NCBI GenBank assembly: GCA_951406725.2
Contig: OX597822.1
Coordinates: 20,584,001-20,648,000 of the forward strand
Direction: 5' to 3'
Source of the DNA: Octopus vulgaris
Taxonomy: Eukaryota
Length of the DNA stretch: 64,000 nucleotides
Every line of letters starts with the position of its first letter. Positions within the stretch are counted from its first letter, which is position 1. Below the pieces are notes generated by a model. The model worked only from the letters and a program-made list of their open reading frames with translations, searched no databases and had not been told where the DNA came from. Made by a program: the position numbers and the translations under genes. Below, one piece after another: positions 11,115 through 24,657 of this stretch.

Positions 11115-13820
11115 TGAAAACAAAGTGCACTATTACTCAGAGATTCATGTAACTGTTAATCGGACAAACGACAGTATCCAGAATAATTCTGAATGAACAC
11201 GACTGTATAATGAACGGCAATATGAAACTCTTGAGGAAGAGTTTGCGAAGTTTACACACACACACACACACACCTATATTCTTGTGTAAAATCATATGTA
11301 ATACGTTCGAGAATTTTCGGATGTTATAAGACCTTTCACTGCGGAAATAGCTCCGGGAGAAAAGTTTCCACTTAGACATATATGTAAACAGACTCTTGGA
11401 GCTGGGAATGACGTCATTGGATCATAAAGCTGCATGCATTTCTGCATTGTTCTGCTTTGTCAGCTACGAAAACGATATCCGTCTTTTACAGACAGAATAA
11501 GAACGAGATTATTCTTATTAAAAGAACAAACGGAATGTTTGCTGATGTGTATAAAGCTTGGTCAAGATAGAATTAAATAATGTCCCACGAAACAGCGTTG
11601 AACGAAATATGCTACAACGTCGTTCTTGTATTCGCACTCCAAATATATGTTAAATTTGGAATATTTCCTCTCTTATCTTTCCTTTGTATTTTTATTTCGT
11701 TCTCTCACTGTTTCTCTTCATGTTACTATTGAAAAATGTGTTAAAAGAAATATACAAAGCAAATACTTTAATTAGTCTTAACTATAGAACGAAATCAAGG
11801 ATACAATCTATCTACAATATTATCCTGCTATTGTACGAATACACAGGTATACATTTATCAAAATTTAATGCGCTTTACTACAGAGGAAAATGCATTTGGT
11901 TGCACTTGACTACACAGTCCCAGAGAACTAAACAAAGCAGCTGCCTCGATGAACTGTAACTTCTAAACAATATATCAGTCATGCGTATATTATTGTTAAA
12001 CATCATTTTACATATTTATGTCAGTCGTCTTATAGATAATATGGTGACTAAAATAGAATAATGTTTTTGATATTTCTATAGTTTATTAGTTAGTTTTCGG
12101 ACGAACATATGCGCTTTATAATAACTTATGTCTTCCATTTCATTTTATAGTTTATCAGTCAATTGTCTTGTCAATAAAAATGTTGGTGTATAACAGTATT
12201 CTATTTCAATTCATAAGGTTGAATACAGTTTTTTTAGTGTTATGTACATAGACCGTAGAAGAAAATTTATAGATTTTACCGTAGGTAAAAGCTTTTCAGG
12301 TCGAACATCTGTCTTAATCTGGTTCACTCAATTTTTTTTTTTAATGAAGTAAACAAATTGCTCATGTTTTATAAAGGTGTCTTAGCATCGCTAGCTCCAG
12401 ATTAACGAAACAGTGGAACAGATAAATACTACCTACATTCATTGTTTCCTTCAGAAACAATGTATATGGGTAGTATTATATAGCTCTGGGACGCAGTTTT
12501 ATGCGAGAGATGTTTACTGTTCATTTTACGAGGCATTGTGATATCTGAAACATCATTCACAAACAACTGGAACCCAGTCTTTGACAGGTTGGTTTTCTGA
12601 AACTTTCTGTTTTAACAATACCACCAAATTAACTGAATAAAATATTTACAGTGATAAACGCATGTATTGGAGTTCCTTATTTACTCCACGTGGTATCAAA
12701 TAACACACAAAGTTAATTGCTGGTAAGGACACCTTATTTCGTTAGCCATAATATATTACCTAGTATATTAAAGGCTTATTAGTAAATACTGAGCCTCATC
12801 TGTGTTAGCAGTGCTATTAAATCACTTTCTGAAGTTATCTTCACAAACCAGAGCTGGCTCTAATTTCTATAGAGAATCTGTAAAGTTAACTTTAAAAAGT
12901 CGTACATGAAGTGTATTATAGCAATCAAATGCATACTAACAAAAGAAATTGAGAAATACATTGTGAAAAGAATCCACCCCTCGAACTTAGCATAAAGTGT
13001 ATGACACAAACGATATATTGAATACAAAAGAACCTCAAAAACCCACAAGTACGTTTAAGTCAAAATCTTATGAACTACGAAACCCCAACAATGTAAACCG
13101 TAAAAACTCCCCACTCACGATCACATTGTTCAATAAATACGACTATGAACCAGACAGTTGTAACGTTATTGACTTTAAGTCTTATATTAGCCATATAAAG
13201 ATGACAATCTTTTGCAGGCTCACCACACAATTTTAGCAGAAAAGAATCGCAATACATTACATCAAACTAGATGAGAAAACATTAGTGAACAACACATGTA
13301 TACGCTAAAGAACCACACATAAAGCAGTTGCTTAAACATGGAAGCCATATTCATAATGCAGCAGAACGCTAAAATAAATACAGAGACAGTATGCAGCAGC
13401 TCAGAAAGCAGACAAAACACCTGAACTGACCAGGTATAAGTCACACGGTCAAATTTTAACTTGAAAAAATAATTGATAGCGGACATAAATCTAGAACAGT
13501 CATATATTCAAAACAAGGTGTCTGAAGGAAAAGCTATTTCACTTATACATAAATACAAACATATACATATATACATATACATACACAATCATGTAGTATG
13601 TATACATATATATACATACATATACGCACATATGCGCGTGCGTGTGTTATATATATATACATGCATATGTATAGCGATGTGCATGGGATTTGGCGACAGA
13701 CGAGAAAAGCGGCTCCCGATAAAATAAAGTAACTAGGCTATAGATTTTTATTTATCACACGCCACCTAATACATAGGTGCGAGCGTATCTGCACGTGTAA
13801 GCATATGCACAATACAAACG

Positions 13821-13854
<34 letters not shown>

Positions 13855-13955
13855 GGTCTCGGGTTGATTCGGGGTTAACCACAGTAAATAAGGTACTCAA
13901 TACATAGCAGAGTAAAATTAATTTATTATATAGAAGGAGCTTCTACAGGACTAGA

Positions 13956-13990
<35 letters not shown>

Positions 13991-14204
13991 ACAACCCATT
14001 GAGATAAACACAAACTCCGAATTGCCATCTTAGGGACCGGCTTAAATTCTTTAAAGGAAACATTTAAATCCCAGAGAAATACATCACTCCACATACGCAT
14101 GCATTCATCAGCCGAATCTTCTTGACTGAAGATTAGAGGCTTCGAATGACCCGTTCGTGTTTTTTGTATCGTCTATTTGAATGTTTTGCGTTCTTGTCCC
14201 ATTT

Positions 14205-14267
<63 letters not shown>

Positions 14268-14589
14268 ATATCAGTGGCGACTCCGGCACTCGGGCTGTTC
14301 GGGCTTGGCCCGAGTATAAATTTAGTAAAGTGAACGTGTATCTGCAAGCTGATTTAAGTTACCCATCTTCAGTGTGTGATAATCACCAGCTAGTGGTGAA
14401 GTTGACATTGAGAAATCTTTTTGGAGAAGTGACTCATACAAATAATGCAATATCATCTGTTTAAAAAAATAAAGCTGAAGACCCTATTACATATCCGAGG
14501 TCAAGTTATTCATCCATCCCAAGTATGGAAGCAATTCGCGGAGCCATTTTAATGTGAAAAGCGAGTACACACATACACATGTCTATTTT

Positions 14590-15096
<507 letters not shown>

Positions 15097-15097
15097 G

Positions 15098-15390
15098 GTG
15101 TAGCTATAACTCTCTGATGAGAAGTTTGCTAAACCGGGTTCAGTCTTACTACGTGGCATCTCGGACAAGTGCCTTCAACTACAACCTTGGGTGAAGTAAA
15201 GCTCTGTCGGTGGGTTTCGGAAGTTTTTGTCTGTTTGTCCCCCACTGCTGTTTGACAACTTGTGTTTACATCCCCGAAACCTGGCGGTTCGGCCAACACC
15301 CTGTTTGAATACGTATCAGCTTTTAAAATATATAATTCCGTCGACTAAAATTCTTTAGCTGCAGATTCACAGCGGAAACAAGTAAAAGTT
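15098..15390 (+). mobile_element. SINE family A, degenerate
   Basis: GGGTTCAGTC...GGACAAGTGCCTTC...GCGGTTCGGC...GAAACAAGTAAAAG. Confidence 0.65.
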
Positions 15391-15424
15391 TAAAAAATAA
15401 AGATACGTATGTGTTTCATTTAGA

Positions 15425-16400
15425 TTTATTTCAATATTTCTTGCCAATAGAAAAAGAATCGGTTTCTAACGTGGATCCAAGACTCCTTCATTGGAATTTC
15501 AACAACATCAACATGGTATTTTTGCATGTATGTGTATATGTGCAGTATTTGTAGTCAGTGCATACACAGATTTGTATGTTTTGTTTTATGTATGTATTCT
15601 CATGAATATAGCTGCATATCAAAACATAGGCATATATACTTAAATGATAAATTTCTGGAAAGTTTTGCAGATTTTTATAGTTCCAGTGATGTTTTGGATC
15701 CGTAGTCTTGGAATCGGCTTTCTTCTTCCTGGTTTATCAGAAGCCTAATTTCTCAAGATTTTAACGTAGGCAGTGTGTTAGACATTCCAGTGCCTCGACA
15801 GTTACAAGTATAAACCTGAACTTGCAATCTGGGTAGAGTAGCTGTAGATTTCTCAATAGTTCAGCATAGGTATTCTCTTTTTCGCTGATCTTTAGCTATA
15901 TGTTAACATCTTCTGGGCAGCTGATTTTCACAACTGTATACAGTTTTTCTTTTCTGTCCCAAATCACTATGTTAGCCCTATTATGTTTACAATTTATTGA
16001 GGTTTTCACTGGGACATTCCACCAGTGCTCCTTGTTATGAGTGGCTATAGCTTCTACCATACTGTGGGTTCTTATTTCTTTGGCATCAGAATTATCCTTG
16101 CAACGGATCTGATTATTCGGATGTCTTAGCTACAACATCCTGTTTCATCGGTAAGTAATATCGTGATGATATTTTCAGGCAACTGCTTATGATGTAGGTG
16201 ATTTTTCAAAGTCTGCAACGGTTGTCACATTTTAATGTTTTCCTGCGTCTCCGCCCCTCTTGTGCATCTGGTATTTGGTTGATATTTCCTTTTCCTGGAT
16301 TGCAAATGCATACCCTTCAAAAGGAAAGTTTTAATGTGGTTGCTGATCTATGATAGACTGCTTTGATAATCAACGTTATTATTACCCCGGAGCTTTCTGC
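15425..16400 (-). mobile_element. R4/Dong-like RLE non-LTR retrotransposon, 3' fragment
   Basis: Minus translation shows GYAFAIQEKEIST, a CCHC remnant, CKHNRANIVIWD...ISCP...EKENTYAEL (RLE HNRPD-type motif) and a 3' UTR shared with 36430-36535. Confidence 0.75.
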
Positions 16401-17221
16401 TAACGCATGCATGCGCGCGCGCGTGTTTGTGTGTGTACGTGTGTGTACGTGTGTGTGTGTACGCATGTATGCATGTTCTTTTTCTCTTTTTTAATTTTGA
16501 TCGGGTATAAACTTAGTAGCAAGGTTTTGAAGGAAAGTATCTTCTTGCAATCATCATCCTTCAAATCTCAAGGTCTTGCAGATTTTTCATAATCTCACAT
16601 ATCGTGGACATTTGTTGCATATGAATTAAGGATTTATGTATGTATGTATGTATGTATGTATGTATGTATGTATGTATGTATGTATGTATGTATGTATGTA
16701 TGTATGTATGTATGTATGAATGTATGTATGTATGCATGTATGCATGTATGCATGTATACATGTATGTATGTATTCGTTATTAGCACCGAAGCAATATTAC
16801 TTTAGAATAGCATGCTGTCTCTATAGATAACTTAACGTGGGCATATTATAAAAAGCTACAAAACTGCGGTATTTGTCTTGTGAAAGGATCAAGGATAGAC
16901 GATAGATACTAAAATGCACAAAAGTATATCAGTAGTAAACCAAAAACATCCAACAGCGGTTGTGAAACTGCTAAGTCTTTGTGCATCATTAGTAACTAGT
17001 ACAATAAACCGCATGCACTGACAAATTTAGCTATCACTTTTATAGAAAAAGAGCGATTAACAAATCATTGAAGATGCAAATAACTGGTAGGTTAGGCAAA
17101 ATATTAAATGGTATTTAACGTTTAGTTTGAAAGATTATTGTATGTAATTAAGAATTTTAATTGAACAAAATCTTTTTTCAGCTATTTTGAGTGTGTGTGT
17201 GTATACATACATATGTATATT

Positions 17222-17265
<44 letters not shown>

Positions 17266-17310
17266 ACACACAAAACACACACACATATATATATATATAT
17301 AACTTCCTTG

Positions 17311-17364
<54 letters not shown>

Positions 17365-17460
17365 TTACATATATATGTATAAATATATATATATATATAC
17401 ACACACATATATATATATACATATATTTATACATATATATGTATAAATATATATATGTAT

Positions 17461-18050
17461 AAGAAAGAAGGTTTGAAAATGCAATTTAAACGATGTTTAT
17501 TTACTTAACCGGTTTCACTCTTTGGTAAAAGATTGTCAAAAGTAACATTAAAAGTAACATTGAATAATATGGGTTCAAAAAAGTTTTTTACATAATTGTC
17601 ACATTGAATATTATGCATTCAAAAAAGTTTTTTACATAATTGTCACATTGGATATTATGAATTCAAAAATGTTTTTTTATACATAATTGTCACATTACAT
17701 GTATAAATATAGTGTTTGGTAACAGAGAAGTTCAATAGTGTGATGAGAATATTTGGAAAAATTGGCAGAAAAGGATAAAACAAATATATTATTGGAAATT
17801 TGGTTGCGTTAATTATTGGTTGTCGCAAATTGTCACATTACATGTATATATATACAGTCTTTGGTATATATATATACACACAGTCTTTTGCCAGCAAAAA
17901 TTAAAATGGATTTTTTATACATCTCAGAATATTTTAAGTTGAAGGCGAGAATACGTTTTTACTGACCTGTTTGTTTTAGCAGAAAGGTTGAAATGAGAGA
18001 AACCTTTTTTCTTATATAATCCCACTCGTGCGATACCCCACAACTCAACT
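17461..18050 (-). mobile_element. Penelope-like terminal-repeat fragment with a ~43-bp minisatellite (17557-17696)
   Basis: Bounded by (TA)n tracts; carries a hammerhead-like motif at 17501-17545; tandem ACATAATTGTCACATTG units. Confidence 0.55.
17501..17545 (-). ncRNA. Candidate minimal hammerhead ribozyme (U3-A8 core variant)
   Basis: TTACTT|TTGACAA|TCTTT-tacc-AAAGA gt|GAAA|CCGG|TT|AAGTAA: 6-bp stem I and palindromic stem III. Confidence 0.5.
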
Positions 18051-18078
18051 TTTATATATATATATGTATATATATATA

Positions 18079-18561
18079 TTACGGAGATGTACTCGCATAG
18101 CAAGTAATTTGATCTGAGATCGTGTGCTGAAACGAAAACAATTGCAGCGTGGAAGGTGTTTATAAGCCATTTAAGAAACACACAAAAGCCGTTCGATTCG
18201 CTTCAACATTTAAGTTTAATTTGTCAAAATATTTTCGTCGCTAAAATCCGCGACCTGTTCACTGACAAAAATCCGTGCTGCATCGCAGCACGGATTTTTG
18301 TCAGTGAACAGGTCGCGGATTTTAGCGCCATTTCGAGCTCTCTCCAACTCTATTACATAAATTATGCATGACTCCACCTCATTTCTCCCCTTCCTTCCTT
18401 CCCTCCCCCGTGTCCCTCTGATTTACAACGAACACCTCTAACAGGTCGCGGATTTTAGCGACGAAAATATTTTGACAAATTAAACTTAAATGTTGAAGTG
18501 AATCGAACGGCTTTTGTGTGTTTCTTAAATGGCTTATAAACACCTTCCACGCTGCAATTGT
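18079..18561. mobile_element. Fold-back (inverted pseudo-LTR) PLE-type element in (TA)n, with a templated insertion in the right arm
   Basis: Arms 18138-18281 and 18285-18561 are reverse complements with a 3-nt loop (ATC); the right arm is interrupted at 18328-18440. Confidence 0.8.
18220..18269 (-). ncRNA. Candidate minimal hammerhead ribozyme (G3-C8 core variant)
   Basis: TTTGTCA|GTGAACA|g|GTCGC-ggatttta-GCGAC|GAAA|ATAT|TT|TGACAAA: 7-bp stem I, 5-bp stem II and palindromic stem III. Confidence 0.6.
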
Positions 18562-18584
18562 ATATATATATATATATGTATAAA

Positions 18585-18622
<38 letters not shown>

Positions 18623-18663
18623 CATATATATGTATAAATAAATATATTTCTTTAATTTATGTT

Positions 18664-18703
<40 letters not shown>

Positions 18704-18709
18704 ATATAT

Positions 18710-18866
18710 ACGACGGGCTTCTATAACTTTCCGTCTACCAAATCCATTAACAAAGCTTTGGTGAACCCGTGGTTATATAAGACACTTGCCCAAGGTGCCA
18801 CTCACTGGGACTGAACCCAGAACCATGTGGTTTGGAAGCAAGCTTCTTACCATACATCTACGCCTA
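18710..18866 (-). mobile_element. SINE family A, 5' half
   Basis: GACACTTGCCCAAGGTGCC...GGGACTGAACCC...AAGCAAGCTTCTTACCA. Confidence 0.8.
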
Positions 18867-19591
18867 CATCTATACATACATACATACATACATACATACA
18901 TACATACATACATACACACACACATTTATATCAATGTATGTATTTTATTAGCGTGCTTATGAATAGAAGAAATCCAATTTGAATAAAGAATTCAACGACT
19001 TAAAAATCAGAGTATTTAAATAAATATTATAAGAATAAGAATTGATTGCAATGTTTTGAGAACGTTTGTATCAATCAAATGTTATTTTAAAAATCTGTCG
19101 TTTCCCTCTCGCTCTCCCTATCCCTATATTTATATATCTTATACGTGTGCGTGTGTATGCATTTAGTGCTCGTTAACGCCATTTCGAGCTCTCTCCAACT
19201 CTATTACATAAATTATGCATGACTCCACCTCGTTTCTCCCCTTCATTCCTTTCCTCCACCGTGTCCCTCTGATTTACAACGAACACCTCTAACTTGAAAG
19301 AATCATAACGAATTGGCTATCTGTTTCTCCATATTAATGACCTACACAGATACAGAAAAAAGCTATTTGTGGTTGTGAAAAAAATATGAAATACGAATCA
19401 TATTTAATTTATTGTATAGATATAAGGTTTTGAATCAATCGAGAAAACAATCTTGCTTCTCTTGCAAGCCGTCAACAAAGGATGCATAATCAACGACTCA
19501 CATTTTATCACACACACACACACAGTATACATATATATATTGTGGATATATATATGTATATCGTGTATATATATATTGTGTATGTATATAT

Positions 19592-19649
<58 letters not shown>

Positions 19650-19684
19650 TGTGTGTACATATATATAGTTATATTGTGTGTGTG

Positions 19685-19731
<47 letters not shown>

Positions 19732-19780
19732 ATATATATATATGTATGTATGTATGTATATATATATATATATATATATA

Positions 19781-19998
19781 CTTTATTTAAAGCAGCAGAA
19801 AATTCAGCAAAACCTGTTACTCTGAGTTACCCGTTGCCGTTCATCGGACAGTTTTTGCTAGCAGAACGGCAACGGGAAACTCAGAGTAACAGGTTTTGTT
19901 GAATTTTCTGCTGCTTTAAATAAAGCATATTACTCTACCACTGGTATTTGAGTACTCTTTTTTCCACCTTGTTTCACATTTATGTGTTTACTCCGGTA
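19781..19998. mobile_element. Short fold-back PLE-type element in (TA)n
   Basis: 62-bp arms at 19781-19842 and 19864-19925 are near-perfect inverted repeats and contain a hammerhead-like motif. Confidence 0.8.
19814..19851 (-). ncRNA. Candidate minimal hammerhead ribozyme (CCGAUGA core)
   Basis: CTGT|CCGATGA|a|CG-GCAA-CG|g|GTAA (GAAA in the opposite arm)|CTCAGAG|TA|ACAG. Confidence 0.55.
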
Positions 19999-20005
19999 TA
20001 TATAA

Positions 20006-20067
<62 letters not shown>

Positions 20068-20091
20068 TTATATATTGTATATACATTGTGT

Positions 20092-20212
20092 GGAGGCGCG
20101 TGGATTAGTGTGTCAGCATTATGATCGTAAGATTGTGGTTTCGATTCCTGGACCGTGCGACGCGTTGTGTTCTTAAGCAAAACACTTCATTTCACGTTGC
20201 TCCAGTCCATGA
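20092..20212 (+). mobile_element. tRNA-derived SINE family C, 5' part
   Basis: GGAGGCGCGTGGATTAGTG...GGTTTCGATTCC...TTGTGTTCTTAAGCAAAACACTTCATTTCACGTTGCTCCAGTCC; matches the reverse of 54150-54360. Confidence 0.75.
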
Positions 20213-20390
20213 GCCTGGCTAGGCTTTAAAAAGGCGCATTTATTTTTATATACAAATTATGGGCGTTTAGTTCACAGGTGATCTAAACGATTAGGTACGC
20301 TTGGTAAGTGATGTAACGGATTACTAGGACTCCAAGGTTATAGCTGAGACGGTAGTTATGGAGCCATTGCAGATTTCCGATGCAGCGGAT

Positions 20391-20550
20391 ATATAATTGT
20401 TAAAGAGGAGTACAAATATTAAGGCAATGCAAACATCTCAATCGTATACAATATTATCATTGGGAAAAATTTTTTCCAATAATAATATTGTATACGACTT
20501 GAGATGTTTGCCTTGCCTTAAAGTTTGTTGTCCTCTTTAAGAATTATATA
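20391..20550. repeat. ~160-bp imperfect palindrome (MITE-like)
   Basis: ATATAATTGTTAAAGAGGA...CGTATACAATATTAT...ATAATATTGTATACG...TCCTCTTTAAGAATTATAT, centred near 20469. Confidence 0.8.
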
Positions 20551-21084
20551 TTGTTTATATATATATATATATATATATTGTTCTAACATTGAAAGTCTAT
20601 ACTTTAACAGGATGCTTGCATTTGGCAAACTCCTGGTAACGACCCTTGCTAATCCACGCGACTATCGATGTGGTATGAATTTCTGCAATGATCTATAGTT
20701 ATGACTAGTCTTTCGATAGCTCAGTATAATCATCAGTGTGATCCACGTCTACTGACGATCGAAGTATTTTTTTGACTGAACCGGTTGACTCTGGCCATCG
20801 ACATATTTTTTAATTTCTTTGCCCACCGTCTTGTGCACCTTTATGCACCGTTGACTAGGTTGGCAGTTCTTCTGCCAAGGATTCGCACCTGCTTTGCTGC
20901 TCTCCATGCAGGTAACCGGAACCCCGTTTGCCAGCTTGGGTCCAGCATCAAACTGCTCGCCCTGGCTGACACTGTCAGATTACCAGAGGCGATCATCCTC
21001 TCCATGGCTAGAACAGAAAAAGTCTCTTACGTCCAAAAGTGTAGCGTAATGAAGCAATCCCAGACTGCTGCCACCACCACATGA

Positions 21085-21232
21085 ACTATGACAAGGGGTT
21101 GGAATTTGTGGCACCGCAGACAATGTTCGATACCAAGTTGAAGGCCTAAAAACACTACGGGGAGATCGAGAGGGATGGCGAGAGGTAGTCAAGCTGGTCC
21201 GGGCAATCGACGTGACTGGATGATGCCTTGAT
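21085..21232 (+). mobile_element. RTE-like LINE 3' terminal fragment
   Basis: Reads ...LKTLRGDREGWREVVKLVRAIDVTG** (DRxxWR end motif of RTE ORFs), followed by TGATGA. Confidence 0.45.
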
Positions 21233-21376
21233 AATCTCTCTCTCTCTATGTATATATATATGTATATATATGTATATATTGTGCGTAAATATATAAATGT
21301 GTATATATATATGTGTGTGTGTGTATATATAGATATAGGCATACGTATATATATATGGGTGTGTGTGTATGTATAT

Positions 21377-21767
21377 CTGTGTGGTAAGTAGCTTGTTTAC
21401 CAACCACATGGTTCTGGGTTTAGTCCCACTGCATGGACCTTGGGCAAGTGTCTTCTACTATAACCTCGGGCCGACCAAAGCTTTGTGAGTGGATTTGGTA
21501 GACGGAAACTGAAAGAAGCCCGTCGTACATATGTATATATATATGCGTGTGTGTATACGTTTGTGTGTCTGTGTTTGTCCCCCCAACATCGCTTGACAAC
21601 CGATGCTGGTGTGTGACGTCCCAGTAACTTAGCGGTTCGGCCAAAGAGACCGATATAATAAGTACTAGGCTTACAAAGATTAAGTCCTTGAGTAGATTTG
21701 CTCGACTAAAGGCGGTGCTCCAGCATGGCCACAGTCAAATGACTGAAACAAGTAAAAGAGTAAAGAG
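21377..21767 (+). mobile_element. SINE family A, near full length
   Basis: Colinear with the reverse complement of 640-1034. Confidence 0.85.
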
Positions 21768-22258
21768 TATATATGTGTGTATATATATGTGTGTATATAT
21801 ATCTAAATATATATATATATATGTGTGTGTATACATATGTAAATACATATATGTGTGCATATATGTGTATATATTTACATGTATATATATATGTATATAT
21901 ACATATAAAGTATATATATATATGTATATATCTATGTATATATGTATATGTTTATCTATATATATGTATATAAGTTCGTATATATATATATGTATATATA
22001 TATTTATATATGCATATATATATATATATATATGTATATCTGTATATATATATATGTATATATATATGTAAATATATATATATGTGTGTATATATATGTG
22101 TGTTTATATGTATATAAGTATATATATATATATATGAATAAATATGTATATATATATATATATGCATATATATATATGTATGTATATTTATACATGTATT
22201 TATGTGTGTATATATGTATATATATATGTGTGTGTGTGTGCGTGTGTATGTATATATA

Positions 22259-23390
22259 TTGGGCTCGCTATGGGAACAAGAATGGGCCTCAATCTCGCCA
22301 ACCTATTTGTTGGCCTCATTGAGGCCCAAGTATTCTCCCAAATTCTCCGGACCAAGCCCAGAGCTATACGGCCGCTACATTGACGACTGCATATGCCTCC
22401 ACCTCCCTCTCTCGCGAACAACTCTGCCACTTCATCTCTTTTCTCTTTAACTTTCACCCTTCTCACCAATTTACCTCTACCATCTCTAGCACCTTGGTAA
22501 ACCTCCTAGATATCTCTCTCACTATTGACCTGTTCTCCCACTCTCTCACCACCTCCGCCTGCTTCAAACCCTCGGATCCCACCTCCACCTCAACTTTTCC
22601 TCCTCCCAGCCCTCCCACACCAAACGGGCCATCCACTACACGCAGTTACTCCGCCTCTGACGCTTGTGCAGCCGGGACCAGGATTTCGAAACCCAGTCCC
22701 AGTACCTTGCCCGCCTGTTCATGCATGTCCATGCATCCAAATCGCCCTTGTTCTCGCGTGTCTCATCGATCGCACCACAGCACTCACTCCTTCCACATAC
22801 CAATACCCTTCACCCTTTTCCAACCCTCCATTCCACCCTTTCGTCGGAGGATCCTACAGGCCTTCAGTCTTCTCCAGCTACATCCCACCATCCACCCTAT
22901 TTTCCTCAACCCACCCTTGCCCTCCTTTAAACGCACACGTAACTACGCGATCTATTGGGCCGTATCACCTTGCCCTCTTCCCTCTCAGCTCCACCCGGAT
23001 CCTCCTCTTGCTCTAGATCCCGCTGTCACACCTGCCCTTTCATCACGAACACCACCTCCTTCACTAGATGCAACCAGCACACCTCCACATTAGAAACTCC
23101 TTCTCCTGCACCTCTTCAAGCCTTATCTATTGCAGTAAATGTAATCTCTGCAATAAGCTCTACGTTGGTCAGATGGGCCGCCGGCTGGCCGACCGATTCA
23201 CCGAACATCTACGAGATGTTCGGCTACGCACGAACACCCCGTCGCCCGTCATTTCCGCTTGGCCAACCACTCCACCTCTAATATCTCCATTCTTGGCCTC
23301 GTCCTGCACCACGACTCCGCCTGGAACAGCATTACATTTTCAGTCTACAAAATACAAACTCCTCTCGGACTCAACACAAACGACTGTTTT
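22259..23390 (+). pseudogene. Penelope-like element (Neptune-type) RT plus GIY-YIG endonuclease, 5'-truncated and frameshifted
   Basis: [38 protein letters not shown], Cys linker CSRSRCHTC, SCTSSSLIYCSKCNLCNKLYVGQMGRRLADRFTEH and PLGLN. Confidence 0.85.
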
Positions 23391-23734
23391 TATACCCTCC
23401 TTAAAAAGCGACATTTTATCCTATTTTATTTTATTTTATGCTCTCTTATATCCACTTACTTTTTTACACTGGTACCCTTTTTTCGATTTTTTATCGTTTT
23501 TTTCCATCGAAATTTTAATTTTTTAATTGTATTAAATTTTTTTATAATGTTTTTTATATTTTATCCCTTTAATTTTTATTTTTTATTTTCTATCTTGTAT
23601 CCTTTATTTTTTGTATTTTTTATTCATCTTTTTTATTCATCTTTTTTATTCATTAATTTAGTTTTTCATCGTGTGCCCTTCCGCCTTTATCCCCTTTTTT
23701 ACCGATCGTATTTTATTATATTTTGTTTTATTTC

Positions 23735-24640
23735 TGTATACACGCACACATACATACACACACGTATATACATACAAACACGCACACATACACATACACG
23801 CACACACGTGAACGCCCATATACCTCACATATACTTCCCACACGCACCACACTCATACACACAACGTACATTCATGCACACACACACACACACACACACA
23901 CATGCACACACACATACACACACGCACACACACACATGAACGCCTATATACCTCACATATACTTCCCACACGCACCACACTCATACATACAACGTACATT
24001 CATGCACACACAAACACACACGCATACACACACACTTGTACACACATACGCGCCCATACACACACACGTATACATACAAGCACACACACAATATACATAT
24101 ACATGCACACATACAACACACACATACATGCGTGCTCACACATACATACACGCGCGCATACACATACACACATGCACACACACATACACATACGCACGCG
24201 CACAGATGCACAGGAATGCACATATACCTCCACACACACAAACCCACGTACACACACACAGATATACACACGCACATACACTCATACACGCGCACAAACA
24301 TATACACACGCACACATACACACACATACGCACACAATTACACATACATAGGCATACGCGCACGCACATACACACGCGCACATACACGCGCACACATATG
24401 CACGCACACGTACGCACACACACACAGAGGAACGCCCATATAACTCCACACACACCACCCCACGTACACACATGCACACACTCACCTACATACACGTACA
24501 CACACGAGCGCACATGCACACACACACACACACACACACGCACACACTGACGCATGCACACACTATATACAAAACACACACACACAACATATACATACAC
24601 GCACACACATACATACACACGCACACATATACTTCAAGCT
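23735..24640. repeat. CA-rich microsatellite/minisatellite with an internal ~128-bp-period duplication
   Basis: ATATACCTCACATATACTTCCCACACGCACCACACTCATAC is repeated at ~23818 and ~23946. Confidence 0.9.
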
Positions 24641-24657
24641 GCCAGTCAAACACCTTT

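Noticed and set aside
11409-11416. CRE/ATF palindrome TGACGTCA
   Set aside because: A single 8-mer is expected by chance in 64 kb; no linked gene start.
17557-17696. Regularly spaced ~43-bp repeats (CRISPR-like at a glance)
   Set aside because: Whole units are repeated with no unique spacers; eukaryotic minisatellite with no cas genes.
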